In this document: positions 35,385 through 49,768 of the stretch, one piece after another | Numbering within the stretch: position 1 is the first letter of the stretch | How the letters are laid out: each line of letters opens with the position of its first letter | NCBI RefSeq assembly: GCF_037042905.1 | Contig: NC_087250.1 | Coordinates: forward strand, 5,458,001-5,522,000 | Direction of reading: 5' to 3' | Length of the DNA stretch: 64,000 nt | Source of the DNA: Lytechinus pictus | Lineage: Eukaryota | Notes under the pieces: generated by a model | What the model was told of the DNA's origin: nothing | Databases searched by the model: none | What the model saw: the letters and a program-made list of their open reading frames with translations, nothing else | Position numbers and translations under genes: made by a program

Positions 35385-36970
35385 CAGGGGCGGATCAAGC
35401 CTTCGTCAATAGGGGGGGGGGGCGGAATTTTTATCAGCCATATTTTCCCCGATCGGCCGCTCGAAGTCGATTTTTGTTTGTTTCTTTGAAGAGGTAGTCC
35501 TAATAATCATTTCAAAGCGTTATTCCTATAAATCATCATAAATATATAATCTCAAAAGCCTTATTTACATAATGCGAACGCAAAGCGCGGCCCAATTTCT
35601 TTTCCTAAACTAAATAATTACTGCGACCGCGAAGCGCGAGCAGAAATTTTTATTATACCTTTTGATCATAAAAAAAGATCTTTTAACAGCTGCTTGCAGT
35701 AAGCAATGAAGACGTTACATATTACAACAATTAAATAATGCGAGCATGAAGTGCGAGGTAAAAAGTTTGACATTTCTACAGGAAGAACGTATATTCTAAG
35801 CACTTTTTGTAATCGTAAAACGGATAAATATATAACTAAACAATTGATGCGAGCGCGAAGCTCGAGCGGAAAAAGTCGATATTTACACCTAAAAATGCGA
35901 CACTCTATTCATGTTTTGTAAATCATGAATATAATGAGTAATTAGAAGTCTTCCTACATTAATAATGCGAGCGCAAAGCGCGAGCAGATTTTTTTATATA
36001 AAACTGGATAATAGTTTAAATAGAGAACAAGATGCGTATCTGAATTAACATGCGCGCGCGTTTCAGATTTCGACCTAGAATCTGAGCATTCTAAACTCGC
36101 TTGTCATTGGCATTTTTTAATCATGAAAATTAATATAGCGAGCTTAAAATATTTGATATTCCGATCTGAAAGGGGGTCCATTTAAGCTCTGTATTTCAAG
36201 CACTTTGTAGGAAAATTGTGAGGTGGATATGGATCACAGTTTAAAAAGAGCTGATATGTTTCATTCTTAATACTTTGAGCTTTGACATAGGACCGGGACA
36301 TTCTAAGAACATTGTGTCATCGTATGAAAATGATGACTCTAACTTCCTATTTCTCTTCCTAAGCGCGAGATGAAACTTGTCGATATTCCATTCTGAAAAA
36401 AGGGAAAGTTTGATCATTACATTAATATTTATTAATTTAACAAGCCTAATGACAGCGCGAAATCAATTAATATTATGGCCTGAAAACTGGACATTTAAAG
36501 CACTTATATTTTCAACAATCAATGCGAGCGCAAATTGCGAGCCAAAATTTGTGATAAACTGTCATGAAATGGGGATTTAAGTAGTTTGTTACAGAATTAA
36601 TATTGATATATACATAACTCACCAATCAAAATGCGAGCGTGCAACGCTAACTGATACGTATTGACAATCTGACCTGAATAGGGATATACTTTTGAGAGCT
36701 TTATGGAATACAGGAAAGTAATAGGTACCTGACAAATCAAATTTTGGGAGCGCGCAGAAAATTTTTAGACCATAAAACATAAATTTTTACAGAGCACTTA
36801 AAAAAAAAAAAATTTGTAAATCAAACAAAATAATGAAAGTTCGATTTCCGAGCTGAAATATGTTTTGAATATTGACTTCAAAATTTTATATTTTAAGTTC
36901 CAAATTGAACAAGATATGTAAATCACCGAAAAAGCAATGCGAGCGCGAAGCGCGAGTGAAAATTTTAAAT
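35385..36970. mobile_element. Truncated copy of the 7578-10000 family
   Basis: Shared head CAGGGGCGGATCAAGCCTTCG and shared internal units. Confidence 0.75.
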
Positions 36971-37670
36971 AGTGATGACCAATCATTAAGCTTTTCATTC
37001 TGTCAGAGATGCTATTATGCCTTAAAAGATCCTCTTGTAAAAGGCTCCTCAGTTATAACTCTCTGAAAGCCAAATAAAGACAAAGGCTCATACAAGGAAA
37101 AGATTTGTGCCCAAAAGAAATCTAAGAGTAAAAAGAGAAATATGACGAAAGAATTCACGATTGAGCTGGATGAAAGTTCCAATCAAATTTCAATAGCGGG
37201 ACTGCGGGTCAGGCTGTTTGAAGAAATCATGCTTCCACAGATCCTAATGAAAGTACGTGACATGCCTGATGGACCTCTTGCCAATGCTCTAATCAGACTT
37301 TTCTCAATAGAAATTCCAGAAGCTTTTGAAAATAGTAATCGCTGCCCACCCCAAGTGTATGTAGGCGAAAGTCTCTGTAAACCATTGGACAAAGGATCGG
37401 TCTGCCCTTCGTGTCTCGATCATGCATGCCAAGACACCGTTGAATGTTGTGTATGTATGAAGTGGTATCACTTCTCATGTACCCACATCCAAGGCAAAGA
37501 AATCGAAGACATGATTGCCGATGACCAACAACCATACTGCTGTTCATCATGTAAACTCAGGCAAGAACAAAGTCATCTCGTTTTAGATACAAGTGATATT
37601 GACTCTGGCTCAAATATATATATGGCCTGTCTTCTATGCCATGAACATGCATCTCAAGGTTCTATACAAT
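36971..37670 (+). pseudogene. Multi-PHD-finger ORF (probably LINE ORF1-like), 5' half
   Basis: CPSC...CCVCMKWYHFSC...PYCCSSC (C4HC3); second PHD begins CLLCHEHASQGSIQ and is cut at 37670; in-frame TGA at 37064-37066. Confidence 0.75.
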
Positions 37671-40600
37671 TAGTCTGGTAGGGAGATAGGGTTCCCATGC
37701 ACCCGAATGATATATTTTTTAACCTACATTTTTGTAATCCGTAAGATGTGTAGTAAATGAATTTTGATGTTCCCAAAACGAAATATTGTCCCATGGGGTT
37801 CAAATTCAAGATGGCGTCCAAAATGGCCGCCATATTCATGGGATTTGGTTTTTCGTACATAGATTCTGACACAAGCATTCATTTGCCACAAAATTAGTGT
37901 CATATGAAAGATAAATAAATTTTCTACAAGTTGATACTATTCATGAGTGATGAAAAGCTAATTCGGCTGAGATTTTGATAAGAAAAGTGCAATTTTGATA
38001 ATTTTTCCAAAAAATTGAAAATTTGCGAAATACATGATTTACCATAAAGCTAAAGAAAATAAAGGAATTGCCTAAAAAAATTTCTAGAAAACTTTCCTAA
38101 TATACAACTATTAAGTGGACGAAATTCCAAATTGATATCGTTTTTAGTCACAAACTTATAATGTCTCAAACTTGAAAATTCAATTTTCAGAAATTTAGCT
38201 TTTTTACTGCATATCGGAGACTTGGATACACTAATGTATATTGTCACATTTTCAACCCAGAAAATTGATATAGGCCTTAATAAAATGCGAAATTGTCTAT
38301 TATTTTGTTGTTATAATTTACTACAATCCCTTTATTCTACAATATAAAGTCGGTTGATTTAGTTTTTGAAAGAATTAAGACTTTTGGCCCAAATTTGTAT
38401 GTTTTTGGTAAAAAAAAATGCACATGCACTGTTATTAATCAGATTTATCATGAATATCAGTAATAAATGCACAATCTCAACATGATATGAAAGAGGATGT
38501 ATCAACGAGAATATTGGCAGGCTTCATGCCACCATGAGTATCTTCATTTGCTTTAGAAAGAAGGAAAATATGCTGAATGTATTAAGCGATTTTGCGCTAA
38601 AGTGATGCCAAAAAGCAACCTCGGTGTGGCAGTCACACCCATGAAAACTATTGCAAAGTGATGAATGGTATGCCATTCAAATAATACAATAGCTTGGATC
38701 AGCCTCTCGCATCGATTGTGTTGGTATGACTAACACACCTTAAAGGTAAATTGTGTCATTGGTTTATTTCAAAACTTTCTTTTAAATTTCACTCTTTGCT
38801 TTCCACGATATTCATAAACAAGTTCTGAGTCCATACAATGTATTGCATTGGCCAGAAAGAACTGTTTTTATTCTCAAAAAAATATATAAAGATGAGAAGA
38901 TTTGCCGAGTGAGCTTTTTTTATATTTATTTTTAAAACTAACATAAAAAATGAAGAGCGCCACCTTGAGACCAAATGACATCAATACCTGCTCATGAATA
39001 TTCATATCTCTAGCTCTCGCCTCTGCGCGAGTCTCAATCAAGTGCCGATGCACGGTACGGACGCATGGGCGGGTACGGAGTCTGTACACCGTGAATGCAC
39101 GGGTTTCTTTCCCGGTTTCTATTTCGTAGAAAGCGTGTACATTGAAAACAAAGTCTGACGGCTTTTTCCTTGCTTTCATCTTTGCTTCGTTGATCTGTAT
39201 TGTTTCTCTATTTCTCCAGGGTATGAAGGGAGGGAGGGAGGGAGAAAGGTGCTTGTGAAAGGGAGAGAAAGGGCTATATTCTTATTTATTATATTTTTTC
39301 TAGTTCTTTATATGTATTTTTGTTTTGTTTCCGATTCACTGAATTGTTATCATTTTCTTCAGGTTCTGTATTTTGATGTGTTCATTATTATCACGTGTAG
39401 TAATATACGTTGTAATTTCTTAATTGTTTAAATAATAGCCCTATGCTACATTTTTTTAAAAGGACAAATTAGAAATCATTTTGTATTGAACTAGCTTGGC
39501 CGCCAATTTCGTTATTGGCTTTGTGTGTCCTATAGCTCTCCACCACTGAATTCGTCAATATACTGCCTCAACGTATTTATCAATTAAATTGGACAAATAC
39601 CACGTGGCCTAGTGTTTTTTTTTTTTACAATATCCAGGGGCGGATCCAGCTTTCACTGATAAAGAGGGAGGGGGGTTGAAAAATATTTTCCCCGATCGAT
39701 CCGCACTCAAAGCTATTTTTTTTGGTATCTATATAGTCGTAACAGTTACTCATAAGCCCTATAAAAAATGCGAGCGCGAGGTAAAATTTTCGGAAATCGT
39801 GTATTGTGTCCTGAAACTTGACGGATCCATGCAGCACGGGCCGGCTGTGCCCCCCCCCCCCCCTTCAGAGGCACAATCAATATTTCTTATGTAAAAATCT
39901 ATCGATATAATCATTTTTTTTTGCTTGTCAAATTTTCCTCGGGAAAATGTGCCCCCCCCCCCTTTGAAAAATCCTAGATCTGCCTCTGAAGATTAATCAT
40001 AATAAAACAAAATAATCATAACGGTACGTAGGGCCTATGGTGCACCGGGTAGCGACTTCAGTTCCGTAAACTGTTCTCCCAGCGGGCCATGCTAATACCC
40101 CGGCTTTAGCTGGGCTAACTGCGCTCAAGCATTTGAATTAGTAAATGGTAGTTCCCTTGTTTGTTTTACTAAGGCCTGTTTTTGTTTATATCGATTAGCT
40201 GATATTTCTTTAATTTGATATGAATAATACCTTTTTATTGTAATCGCTATTTTACTATGTTTTATTGTACAAGGACCAAGATGAAAAAAAAAACAGTAAT
40301 TACAACTCTGATCTTGTGAACCTTTTTAAATATGACTGAATGAATAAATAAATTAATTGGTATTGATAAATAGATATTCCATCGAACCTGAGGCAATGCG
40401 AACACGAAGCGCGGGCTAAATTGTTTTATGCAGTGACATGGTCCCCCCCCCCAAGTCTGAATTACCCTCACATTATTTTATTCATTCTTCCTCCTTATAT
40501 TTTTTCTTCTCCCCCCACCCTCTGCTTTCCATTCTATTACTTGTTTCCCTTTCTTTCCCCCTATTATGCACCGCCAATAGGGTGGGGGCGCCCCGTTGGC

Positions 40601-42446
40601 CTCCTGGATCCGCCTATGATACCGGTACGTCAGGCCTGTATATTATAAGCAATTGATGTTTATGTAACATCGATTACCCCCCCCCCCCGAAAGTTTCTCT
40701 TTGTATTTTTCTTTTCAACTTATTATGGTAGTATATACTAAACAAGTATCACGTTTGACTTTGTCCAACTTTGTGACCAAAACTTTAGTACGGTTTTCTC
40801 AGTGAAATTGATGATGACGTCTCCTGGGGGCCTCCCCCTTCACCCCACTCCTCCTTGGTCCTCTGGGCTTGGCGAATAAAATTGCGTACGTATCATGGAG
40901 AGATATATCGAGGACATACAGCTAGGCGGAATTATTTGGGGAAGGGGTCTTCCATTTCTTTGTTATTCCGAAGTTCCGATGATGGTTCAGCGAATGTGCT
41001 CTATGCAAAATCACGTTTTGGCACGATTTCTAAGCGCTGGGCATGTCAACGGACAATAACAAAATCAATGCAAACATGTCATGGATCGAAATGGTAAAAA
41101 ATATATATTTTAAAGAAAACCATCGTTATCAAAATTTGATGCAGTCAAACCAACATGTTTTGTTAATACCAGTTTCAACTTACATTAAAAATTATAACCC
41201 GAGGCCATATTAGCACCGGGGGGGGGGGGGAGGGGGGGGGGCAGAGATCACTTGCACCCCCCAAAAAAAAATCTCAGTAGGAAAAAAATCTTTTTTTTTC
41301 AAAATGGAAAGTGCCCTTCTTTCAAAATGATGTGTGCCCCTTTTCAAAATAAAATACCTTTTCTTGAAGTCAAACAATACATTTTAGGTTAGAAAATCAC
41401 AAAAATTTTGGATCGCGCTTCGCACTCACATCATTTTGAAAGAAGGGCACTTTCCTTTTTTTCCCTACTGGGATTTTTTTTGGGAGAGGGGTGCAAGTGT
41501 TTTGGTTACAACTTCTGCTTACAATGTTCAATTTTCAAGTTTGAATATCACAAATTTTCAGCTCGCGCTTTCCGCTTGCATCAATTATTGTTTATTCTTG
41601 GTTTCAAAACTTAGAATGTCCATCAGGTTGAAATATCACAAATTTTCGGCTCGCACTCGCATCAATTATTATTTATTGGTTTCAAAAAGTGCTTAGATTG
41701 TCCAGTTTTCAGGTTGGAATATCGCACTCGCGTCCATTATTCAGTTAGATATATCATCTTTTTCATGACAACAAAAACAATAGCTCGGAATGCTTGATTT
41801 TCAGGTCTTATTAGTACATGCAATGTCCAAAATTTTGAGCCCGCGATTTGCGCTCACAACATCTCGCAAGGATGCTCTTTTAACAATAATTTGCGCGGTA
41901 ATAATTGACCAAAAAGCGAGTTTCACAACTTCAGATTTAAAAATGTTTCCAAACCGCTTGCTTGTTACGCTCGCTCCCGGAAAAATAAAGCCTGATTACA
42001 TATTTAATCAATCAGAAAAGACTTCAAAAAGGCTTTGCTCAACTTAATTAGTATAAAACGCACAACTACTTAACGCAGATGATAATCTCATGGTGAAAAT
42101 TTCAATTGCATAAAAATTACATATTAATGCCCTCTTTTGCCCCCCAAATGAAAATACGTTCCGCCGCCGCCCCTGATTATCACCCATCGGACTTGCTGGT
42201 ATTTTTATTTATCGTCATTCCCCCCTCTCAAAGAAAAAACTTATAATTTTGCCCTTTATTTAGCCTGCAATGGAACTTGCAGGAAATTTTATTTAAACGC
42301 GAGCATATCAAACAGGATGCAAATGGAGGTCTATTCAGCCGGGCATTATTTATACGCTTTGGATTCTTGTTTGCCTAGAAAATGTAAATATTTCAAGAGT
42401 TCTTATATTTTCATTACATCTTTGTGCCCAATTGATAATCGACCTA

Positions 42447-43160
42447 TAGGGGCGCCGAATTTAAGTCCAACATACATGTAGATAGGGGAGCCGAATTGAT
42501 GTTTGACATTGGGGGCATCGACTTGATGTCCGAATTAGGGAGGCGTCGAATTGATGTTCGACCTAGGGGGTGCCAATTGATGTTCAGCCTAGGTGGGGGG
42601 GGGGGCGAATTAATGTTTTACCTCGGGGCGCCGTATAGATGTTCCACATAGGAGGGGCTGCATTGAAGTTCGGCATAGGGGCACCGAAGGGGCGCCGAAT
42701 TGATGTTCAAACTAGGGGCTGGGGCGCCGAATCGATATTTTCCATAGTGTTGCCGAATTGATGTTTGACATAGGGGGGCGCCGAATTGATGTTCAACATA
42801 GGGGGTGGCAAATTGATGTTCAACCTAGGTGGAGGGGGGGGGGGGGCGAATTAATGTTTTACCTCAGGGCGCCGTATAGATGTTCGACATAAGAGGGGAC
42901 CGAATTGAAGTTCGACATAGGGGCACCGAGGGGGCACCGAATTGATGTTCAACCTAGTGGCTGGGGCGCCGAATTGATATTTTTCATAGGGTTGCCGAAT
43001 CGATGTTTGACATAGGGGGGGTGCCGAATTGATGTTCAACCTATGGGGTGCCTAATGGATGTTCACCACACGAGGGCGCCTATTTGATGTTTGTCCCGGT
43101 GCGCCAAATTCAGGTTCAATTAACCAAGGGAGGGGGGTGGGCGCCAAATTCATGTTTGCT
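42447..43160 (+). repeat. ~30-bp minisatellite (GGGGCGCCGAATTGATGTTCGACATA) with ~245-bp higher-order duplication
   Basis: About 20 units; block ~42560-42800 recurs at ~42800-43045. Confidence 0.9.
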
Positions 43161-44720
43161 CGCATCAAATACTCATCCTGTTCATGATTATCAAAAGTGC
43201 CTATAATTTTAGATCAGAATACAAAAAAAAATCATCCTACTCTACGTTCTCGCATTAATTGTTTAGTAAGGTGACGATCCTGTTCATGGTTAGATAAGTG
43301 CTTAGAATGTCCGACTTTGGATCGAAATATAAAAAAAAAATCAGCTCGCGCTTCACGCTCGCATAAACTGTTTTGTTAGTGCTCATCTTGTTCATGATAA
43401 TCGAAAATGCTTACTCGAATGTCCAAATATTAGGTAAGAATATGAAAAATTTTCATCTCGCTCTTTGCGCTCTCATCAATATTGTTTAGTTAGATGACAA
43501 TCCTGTTCATGATTACCGAAAGTGCTTAGTCGATGTCAAAATTTTAGGCCAGAATATCAATAACTTTTTAAGCTCGCGCTCCGCGCTCGCACAATTGTTT
43601 AAATAGATACCCATCCTTTCCATAGCTATAAAATATGCTTAGAATTTCCAGTTTTGGGTCGGAATACCAAAAATTTTACGCTCGCGCCTCTCGCTCGCAT
43701 TAAATGATTTGTTAGATACCCATCCTTTTCATGATTACCCAATAATGCTTAGAATGTCCAAATTTTAGGTCAGAATATCAAAAAAAAGTTAACGCACACT
43801 TCGCGCTCGCATTAATTATTTAGCTAGATACCTATTCTGTTCATGGTTATAAAAAGTGCTTATCATGTCCAGTGTTGGGTTGGAAATTCAAAAATTGTCA
43901 GCTCGCACTTCGCGATCGCATAAAATGTTGACAGATACCCACCCTGTTCTTGATTACCAAAAGTGCTTATAGATTTTTCAAAATTTTAGGTAAGAATATG
44001 AAAAATTTTCATCTCGCTCTTTGCGCTCGCATCAATATTGTTTAGTTAGATGACAATCCTGTTCATGATTACCAAAAGTGCTTAGTCAATGTCAAAATTT
44101 TAGTTCAGAATATCAATCACTTTTAAGCTCGCGCCTCGCGCTCGCACAAACAATTGTTTAAATAGATACCCATCCTTTCCATGATTACAAATTAGAATGT
44201 CCAGTTTTGTGTTGGAATATCAAAAAAATTAAGCTCGCGCCTCGCGCTCGTATTAGATGATTTGTTAGATACCCATCCTGTTCATGATTACCCAATAGTG
44301 CTTAGAATGTCCAAATTTTATGTCAGAAAATCAAAAAATTTCAACTCGCGCTTCGCGCTCGCATTAATTATTTAGTTAGATACCCATCCTGTTCATGATT
44401 ATAAAACAAATGTGAAAAGTGCTTATAATGTCCAGTGTTGGGTTGGAAATTCAAAAATTGTCAGCTTCCACTTCGCGATCGCATAAAATGTTGATAGATA
44501 CCCACCCTGTTCTTGATTACCAAAAGTGCTCATAGATTTTTCCAAATTCTAGGTAAGAATATGAACAATTTTCATATCGCTCTTTTCGCTCGCATCAATA
44601 TTGTTTAGATAATACATATACCCATCATGTTCACGGTTGCAATAAAACTCAGAATGTTCGATCGGAAAAGAGATGAAAATATCCCCTCCCCTATTGGCGA
44701 AAGCTGGATCCGCCCCCGGT
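43161..44720 (-). repeat. ~115-bp tandem array (GCTCGCGCTTCGCGCTCGC family) with ~557-bp higher-order period, ending in a GGATCCGCCCCCG terminus
   Basis: TAGGTAAGAATATGAA marker at ~43431, ~43988, ~44550. Confidence 0.85.
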
Positions 44721-47700
44721 TAAGAAATTACAGCTCCCGCACATAATTTTAGTATGGTCTACCACTCTGATGAGAAGTTGAACTAAATTGAAACCCAAAA
44801 ATGCTTAAAATTCTGTGCTTTCTGGTCGCATTTATTTTTTTCAAAAGGTGGTTAAAACATATTCATGGATGTTTTTTTTTCATGAACACATTAAAAAGTG
44901 GTGTTCGATGCCTTTTTCACGTGATTATGAAATACGATAATTCAAACTGCATTTAAGGCACCTATGATTGCCGTGCTGGGCGGGTCGGGGTGCCATTTTC
45001 CGAAAAGTTCACAGGGGCGCCAAAATAGTCGGGCTCAATCATGGATCCTGGATACGCGCATGTCCGTTGGGCATCGTTTCCAACATTGTACCTCCTTATC
45101 TATACCGGCGTGATACTAGGCGCTAGTCCATGGATCGGATCGGTTTACTTCCATTTCGTCATGATGCCAACTCGTCTACTATCATTATTTGGTCTACCAT
45201 CAGTTCGTTCACTATCCACATGCATGCATTCCGTCTAATAACCATCTGATCCAATAGTCATTTAGTCCATATACAATTTGGTTATTGGACGTGTTTGTGC
45301 AAAATGAATGAAAATGAATTGGATACTGGACTAACTGGACCAAATGGTTGTTCGATGAAATGTTGATGGACGGATTGGCATTGCATGGACTAAATGAAAG
45401 TAGACCATGTGGTGAATGGATGAGTTGGCAGTTGACGAATTGGCAATTTACCAATGGACCTACTAGTACTAGGCCACTGAATTGAACTTGTCATGTGCCA
45501 TAACACCTAAACTGCTTCCTTATATCCGATACCCCCTCCATCCTAAAGGGAAGGAGGAGAGAGAAGAAAGGAAGAAAGAAATAGATTGTTGAAAGGGAAT
45601 CAAAAGAACGATCAAAAGGGAATTTGAACGCAACATAATATTATACTCTGTTATTGTTTGAATCGTTTCTCTCTCATGAAATTTATATTTTGAATATATA
45701 TCGTTTCAGTCATTCTCATTATTTTACTGCATAGCGAATTACAAAACGTCCTATCCTCGTTTCCGCTAACCACACATGACATTATTTATCATTTTATTAT
45801 TATCATGCAATGAAATTCATACTGTTTTTACACGCTGCGTCGGCTGCCAATTGACTACCTTGTAAATATTTTTCTGATGATATTCAGTTGAAATCAGTGG
45901 CGTTCAAAATAAGGCTTGGGGCTGTATGGATTCCCAAATTTGTCACGGCCAAGAAAAAAAGGAAAGAGAGAAGGGAAACTATTATCTGAATATCATGTCA
46001 AAATCTATCATAGATTACCAAAAAAATCAAGATTTGTGCCCTATATGTATATCTGGCCCCTTCATATTTGTTATGTTCATTATTTACGCCACTGGTTAAA
46101 ATTAAATTTAACTTAAAACATTTTCCCTTTATCATTGCATTATACATTCATGAATAGTGAAAGCATGTTCATAACATCTTTCTGTATTTTTCGCTGTTTA
46201 TACAATTCCTAACCTTAGGTTGTGTGTATTCCTTATGTTCGCATTCTCAATGTTATTTTCTCTTTATTTCAATATTATTCTCACAAACTTTATTATGGTA
46301 TGCCTATTCAAGAAAGTATTACTTGTTTGCTTGCCCCATGACAGCTTTGCCTTCACTTTTGCAGATCGGGGTGTCTCTCAATCAGTATTCAGAGCTATTA
46401 CTGTATTCTCCTTGACCCCCCCCCCCCCCCTGTGAGTTGTAAAACACCCGGGTAAAACACCCATAAAGGCAAAACATTATATTTTTATCGGCAACATATT
46501 TGCATCACATCACCATAAATTAAATACATCAGAATAGGCGTATACCCATTGAACCTCGCCAGAATGGGCTTGCCCAAAAATTTCAAACACAAATTTCTTT
46601 TTTTCCCCGAAAGTCATCACCGCTCGGAAGTAGGCGACTTTCCCGCCCCAAAATATTCTTATTCCTACAATAGTGCAATCCGTCACGAACACCATGCACG
46701 ATTGGCCTTTCATAACTGATCTCCAAAATAGTTGAACCATATTCCAACACTTTCTACGATCAATACGATCGCCTTGACTGATCTGATACTTTCTGATACG
46801 ATTAATTATTCCGCGATTATATGCCTCTTGGAAGCGGGGGGGGGGGGGGGGAGCTGGGGATGCGGCATGTATTATTTTCCATGGCAGCACCCCCTGGAAT
46901 TCTGATAGGTGTCAAATTTGAGAAATGTATGGAATGACCAACGATGTTTTTCTTTTGCTTTGTCAAATTTTTTTCTGCAGGTAACCCCACCAAAAAAAAA
47001 TCGTGACAGTGTGAACTGAGCACATTTTTTTTCAATCATAAAAAATGATTATTATATTATTTTCCCCATGAGTTGTGAAATTTTGACACGCCGGGATCTC
47101 CTTGGTCCCAATCCCAATATGAAGAATACATTTCCTCGGCTATAAAACAACAGTTATCATTCATTTTTCCTATATTTATAGCAGGAAAATGGGAGTCCCA
47201 ATTCCCGGTTCCATTTTCATTGCTAAATAAGTCTACGTTATGCCAATCAAGATGTGAGTGATGTCTTTGTCCTGCTCACGTCGCCACGCACCATTCACAT
47301 TTTTTCAACAGTTGAACTGCTCGTGCACACACTGTATGCGTGTATCCCGGAGGCCTATCTTCCTCTCATTTGTTGCAATGAAAGTTCATCTTTCCATCTA
47401 TTTTTAATTGTTTATTGTTTATTTAATAAGGGGTGGCCCATTCAACAACAGCTCCCATGGGGCGCCCCTATCTATTATTCGTCATTGGTATCCATTTGTC
47501 TTTGTCCATCCATTCTTGGGGTTAGGCCTATACATTCATCGGATGATCCATTCATATATATGCCTATTCATCCATCTATTCATTATTTCAGTCATCCATC
47601 CATCCATCCACTGATGGATTGATTAGGCCTATAGGCTACCCCCACCCTCCCCATACTGGAGAAATACTCTGCGACCCATTATCTGGAAATCCTTATTGAT

Positions 47701-48346
47701 ACACGTTTCAAAGCAGACGTAAATTACTATCCCCTCGGACGTTGCTTCTCCAAGTTTGCTTAGTCTTCTTTCACGTACTTCGTTGCCATGTTTCAAACGG
47801 CATGACTTGTAAAGTTCTGTTGTAAAACATGCCGGTCGGCCCCCGGGGTCGGCTCCGAAATTCACCCCTCTGCATACCTAGAGCGCAACGGTTCTACCAT
47901 AGACCATAGCGCCGCGCAATATTGAATATACTCAACTTCTCATTACTCCACATCTAGCTACAAGCTTTCTTGTGTGGCTGCAAGAATAAGAGTTTTCTGA
48001 GAAATCTTGCCCCTTACGTCTACCCCCCCCTAATTTTTTTTGCTTTCGCTCATGACGCCTCTGCTCTGCTTGTAAAGATTGACCAAATAACACTATTCTA
48101 AATTTGCAATTTGATGCATTATGGTCGCATACACACACTGTCACGGTCTACACGATGTAGACTACGCTACATACTTCGCATCAACAGGTTTCTCAGCTCA
48201 CCTTTTGACCTCGCAAGTTCAGTCTAAACAACGAAGAATAATCCTACTTTCATGTCAATACTGTGTGTCCTCCATGGTCCCATAAACTTTTATCTTCCTT
48301 TTATGTTTTACTATTTTGTATCCCTGAAAATAATCGTTTTTCTCTT

Positions 48347-49430
48347 CAGGCAGACCGCAGGTCCCTATGCTAATGAGCAAAAAGGCCAGATTCATCCAAA
48401 TCATCTCGTGGCTGAATCCTCCTCCTTGCAAAATCTCGTGATTCGTGAGATTTTCTTTCTCTAAGAATTTACCTGTTTTAACCTCAAGTTAAATGAAATA
48501 TTATTGCACCATCAGATAGAGTAAATGTTACTCTTTCATATTGGTCATTTATTTTGTATACAATATTTCGTTAAAAAAGTAAATTTCTGGCCTGAAAATG
48601 TGCCTCAAAACTGAATTTTCTTCCTCTGTTTTCTTTTGCAAATTGTGCAAAACTTTTTATTTTGAGCCTCAATGATATCTATATCACCATAAAGCTGAAC
48701 TTCTGTACTTTCTCACAATGCCACTCTTGATATGCGGCACCTTTTAATCGGGTCAAGATCACACTTTTCCCACCAAGGTACAAGACGAGATTTCTGAAAT
48801 TTTGTACTTGCATAAAATCCAGAGTTCTGATTGGCTGGATAAGGTTCACAGAACAACAGGCGCAGGGTATTTGAGGAGATTACCACATGGGAAGTTTGAC
48901 CTTCCCATGAACACAGGCACTGGAACCGTTGGAATTTGCCACTGTGTGGTCTCTTTGACCAATCAGAGTGCAGTATTCTTGTTTTCAAGCTGCTTTATGT
49001 ACTTGGCAAATGAAAAGTGTGATCTTGACCCGATTAAACCAATTCTTATTTTGAAACCTATATCATTTTAAAGCATACATATTCAGCTTTATCATGATCT
49101 AAAAATCATTTGGGCTCAAACAAAAATAAAGTGTGAAAAAAACAGCTTTTGTCAGGTGAAAATAATAATTTTGTAGCATATTTTAGATCAAAATTTTAAC
49201 CTATATTACAAAATCTTTGAATAAATTCAAACACATGACCTGAAAGAATGATTCTTCTTCTTTACAATGACACCAAATTCATGAAATTCGATGCACAATT
49301 AGAGCAGCAATGACCGAATGAAAAGAGGTGTTTTGGTCCGCATCAGGCTCATTAAATATGCAAAACATCTCAAGTCATGAATATCACTTGGATGAAAGAA
49401 GCCACTTTCTTGGGACCTGCCGTCTGACTG
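48347..49430. mobile_element. Non-autonomous DNA transposon with 4-bp TSD (superfamily uncertain, possibly Chapaev-like)
   Basis: CAGGCAGACCGCAGGTCCC...GGGACCTGCCGTCTGACTG TIR; TCTT at 48343-48346 and 49431-49434. Confidence 0.7.
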
Positions 49431-49515
49431 TCTTTGCCCTTCCCTTTCTTCATACTCGGCCCTAGACAGAATGGGGATGTCTATATATATATATATACAT
49501 ATGAAAAATTTTCAT

Positions 49516-49768
49516 CTCGCTCTTTGCGCTCGCTTCAATATTGTTTAGTTAAAATTAGATGACAATCCTGTTCATGATTACCACATGTGCTTAGAATGTC
49601 AAAATTTTAGGTCAGAATATCAATCACTTGGGCTTAAAAAGTGATTGATATTCTGAACTAAAATTCTGACATTCTAAGCACTTTTGGTAATCATGAAAAT
49701 GGATTGTCATCATAGATATCTCTGATTGTCATCTACCTAACAATATTGATGCGAGCGCAAAGAGCGAG
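49516..49768. repeat. Fold-back (inverted) pair of one array monomer
   Basis: Arms 49516-49629 and 49639-49768, spacer GGGCTTAAA. Confidence 0.85.

Noticed and set aside
37654..37878. Near-identical ORFs at 37654-37878 and 57772-57981 (also 538-768 and 4755-4979) as duplicated genes
   Set aside because: They are chance frames inside the TIRs and LTRs
42447..43160. ~30-bp periodic array as CRISPR
   Set aside because: Units are contiguous and degenerate with no unique spacers
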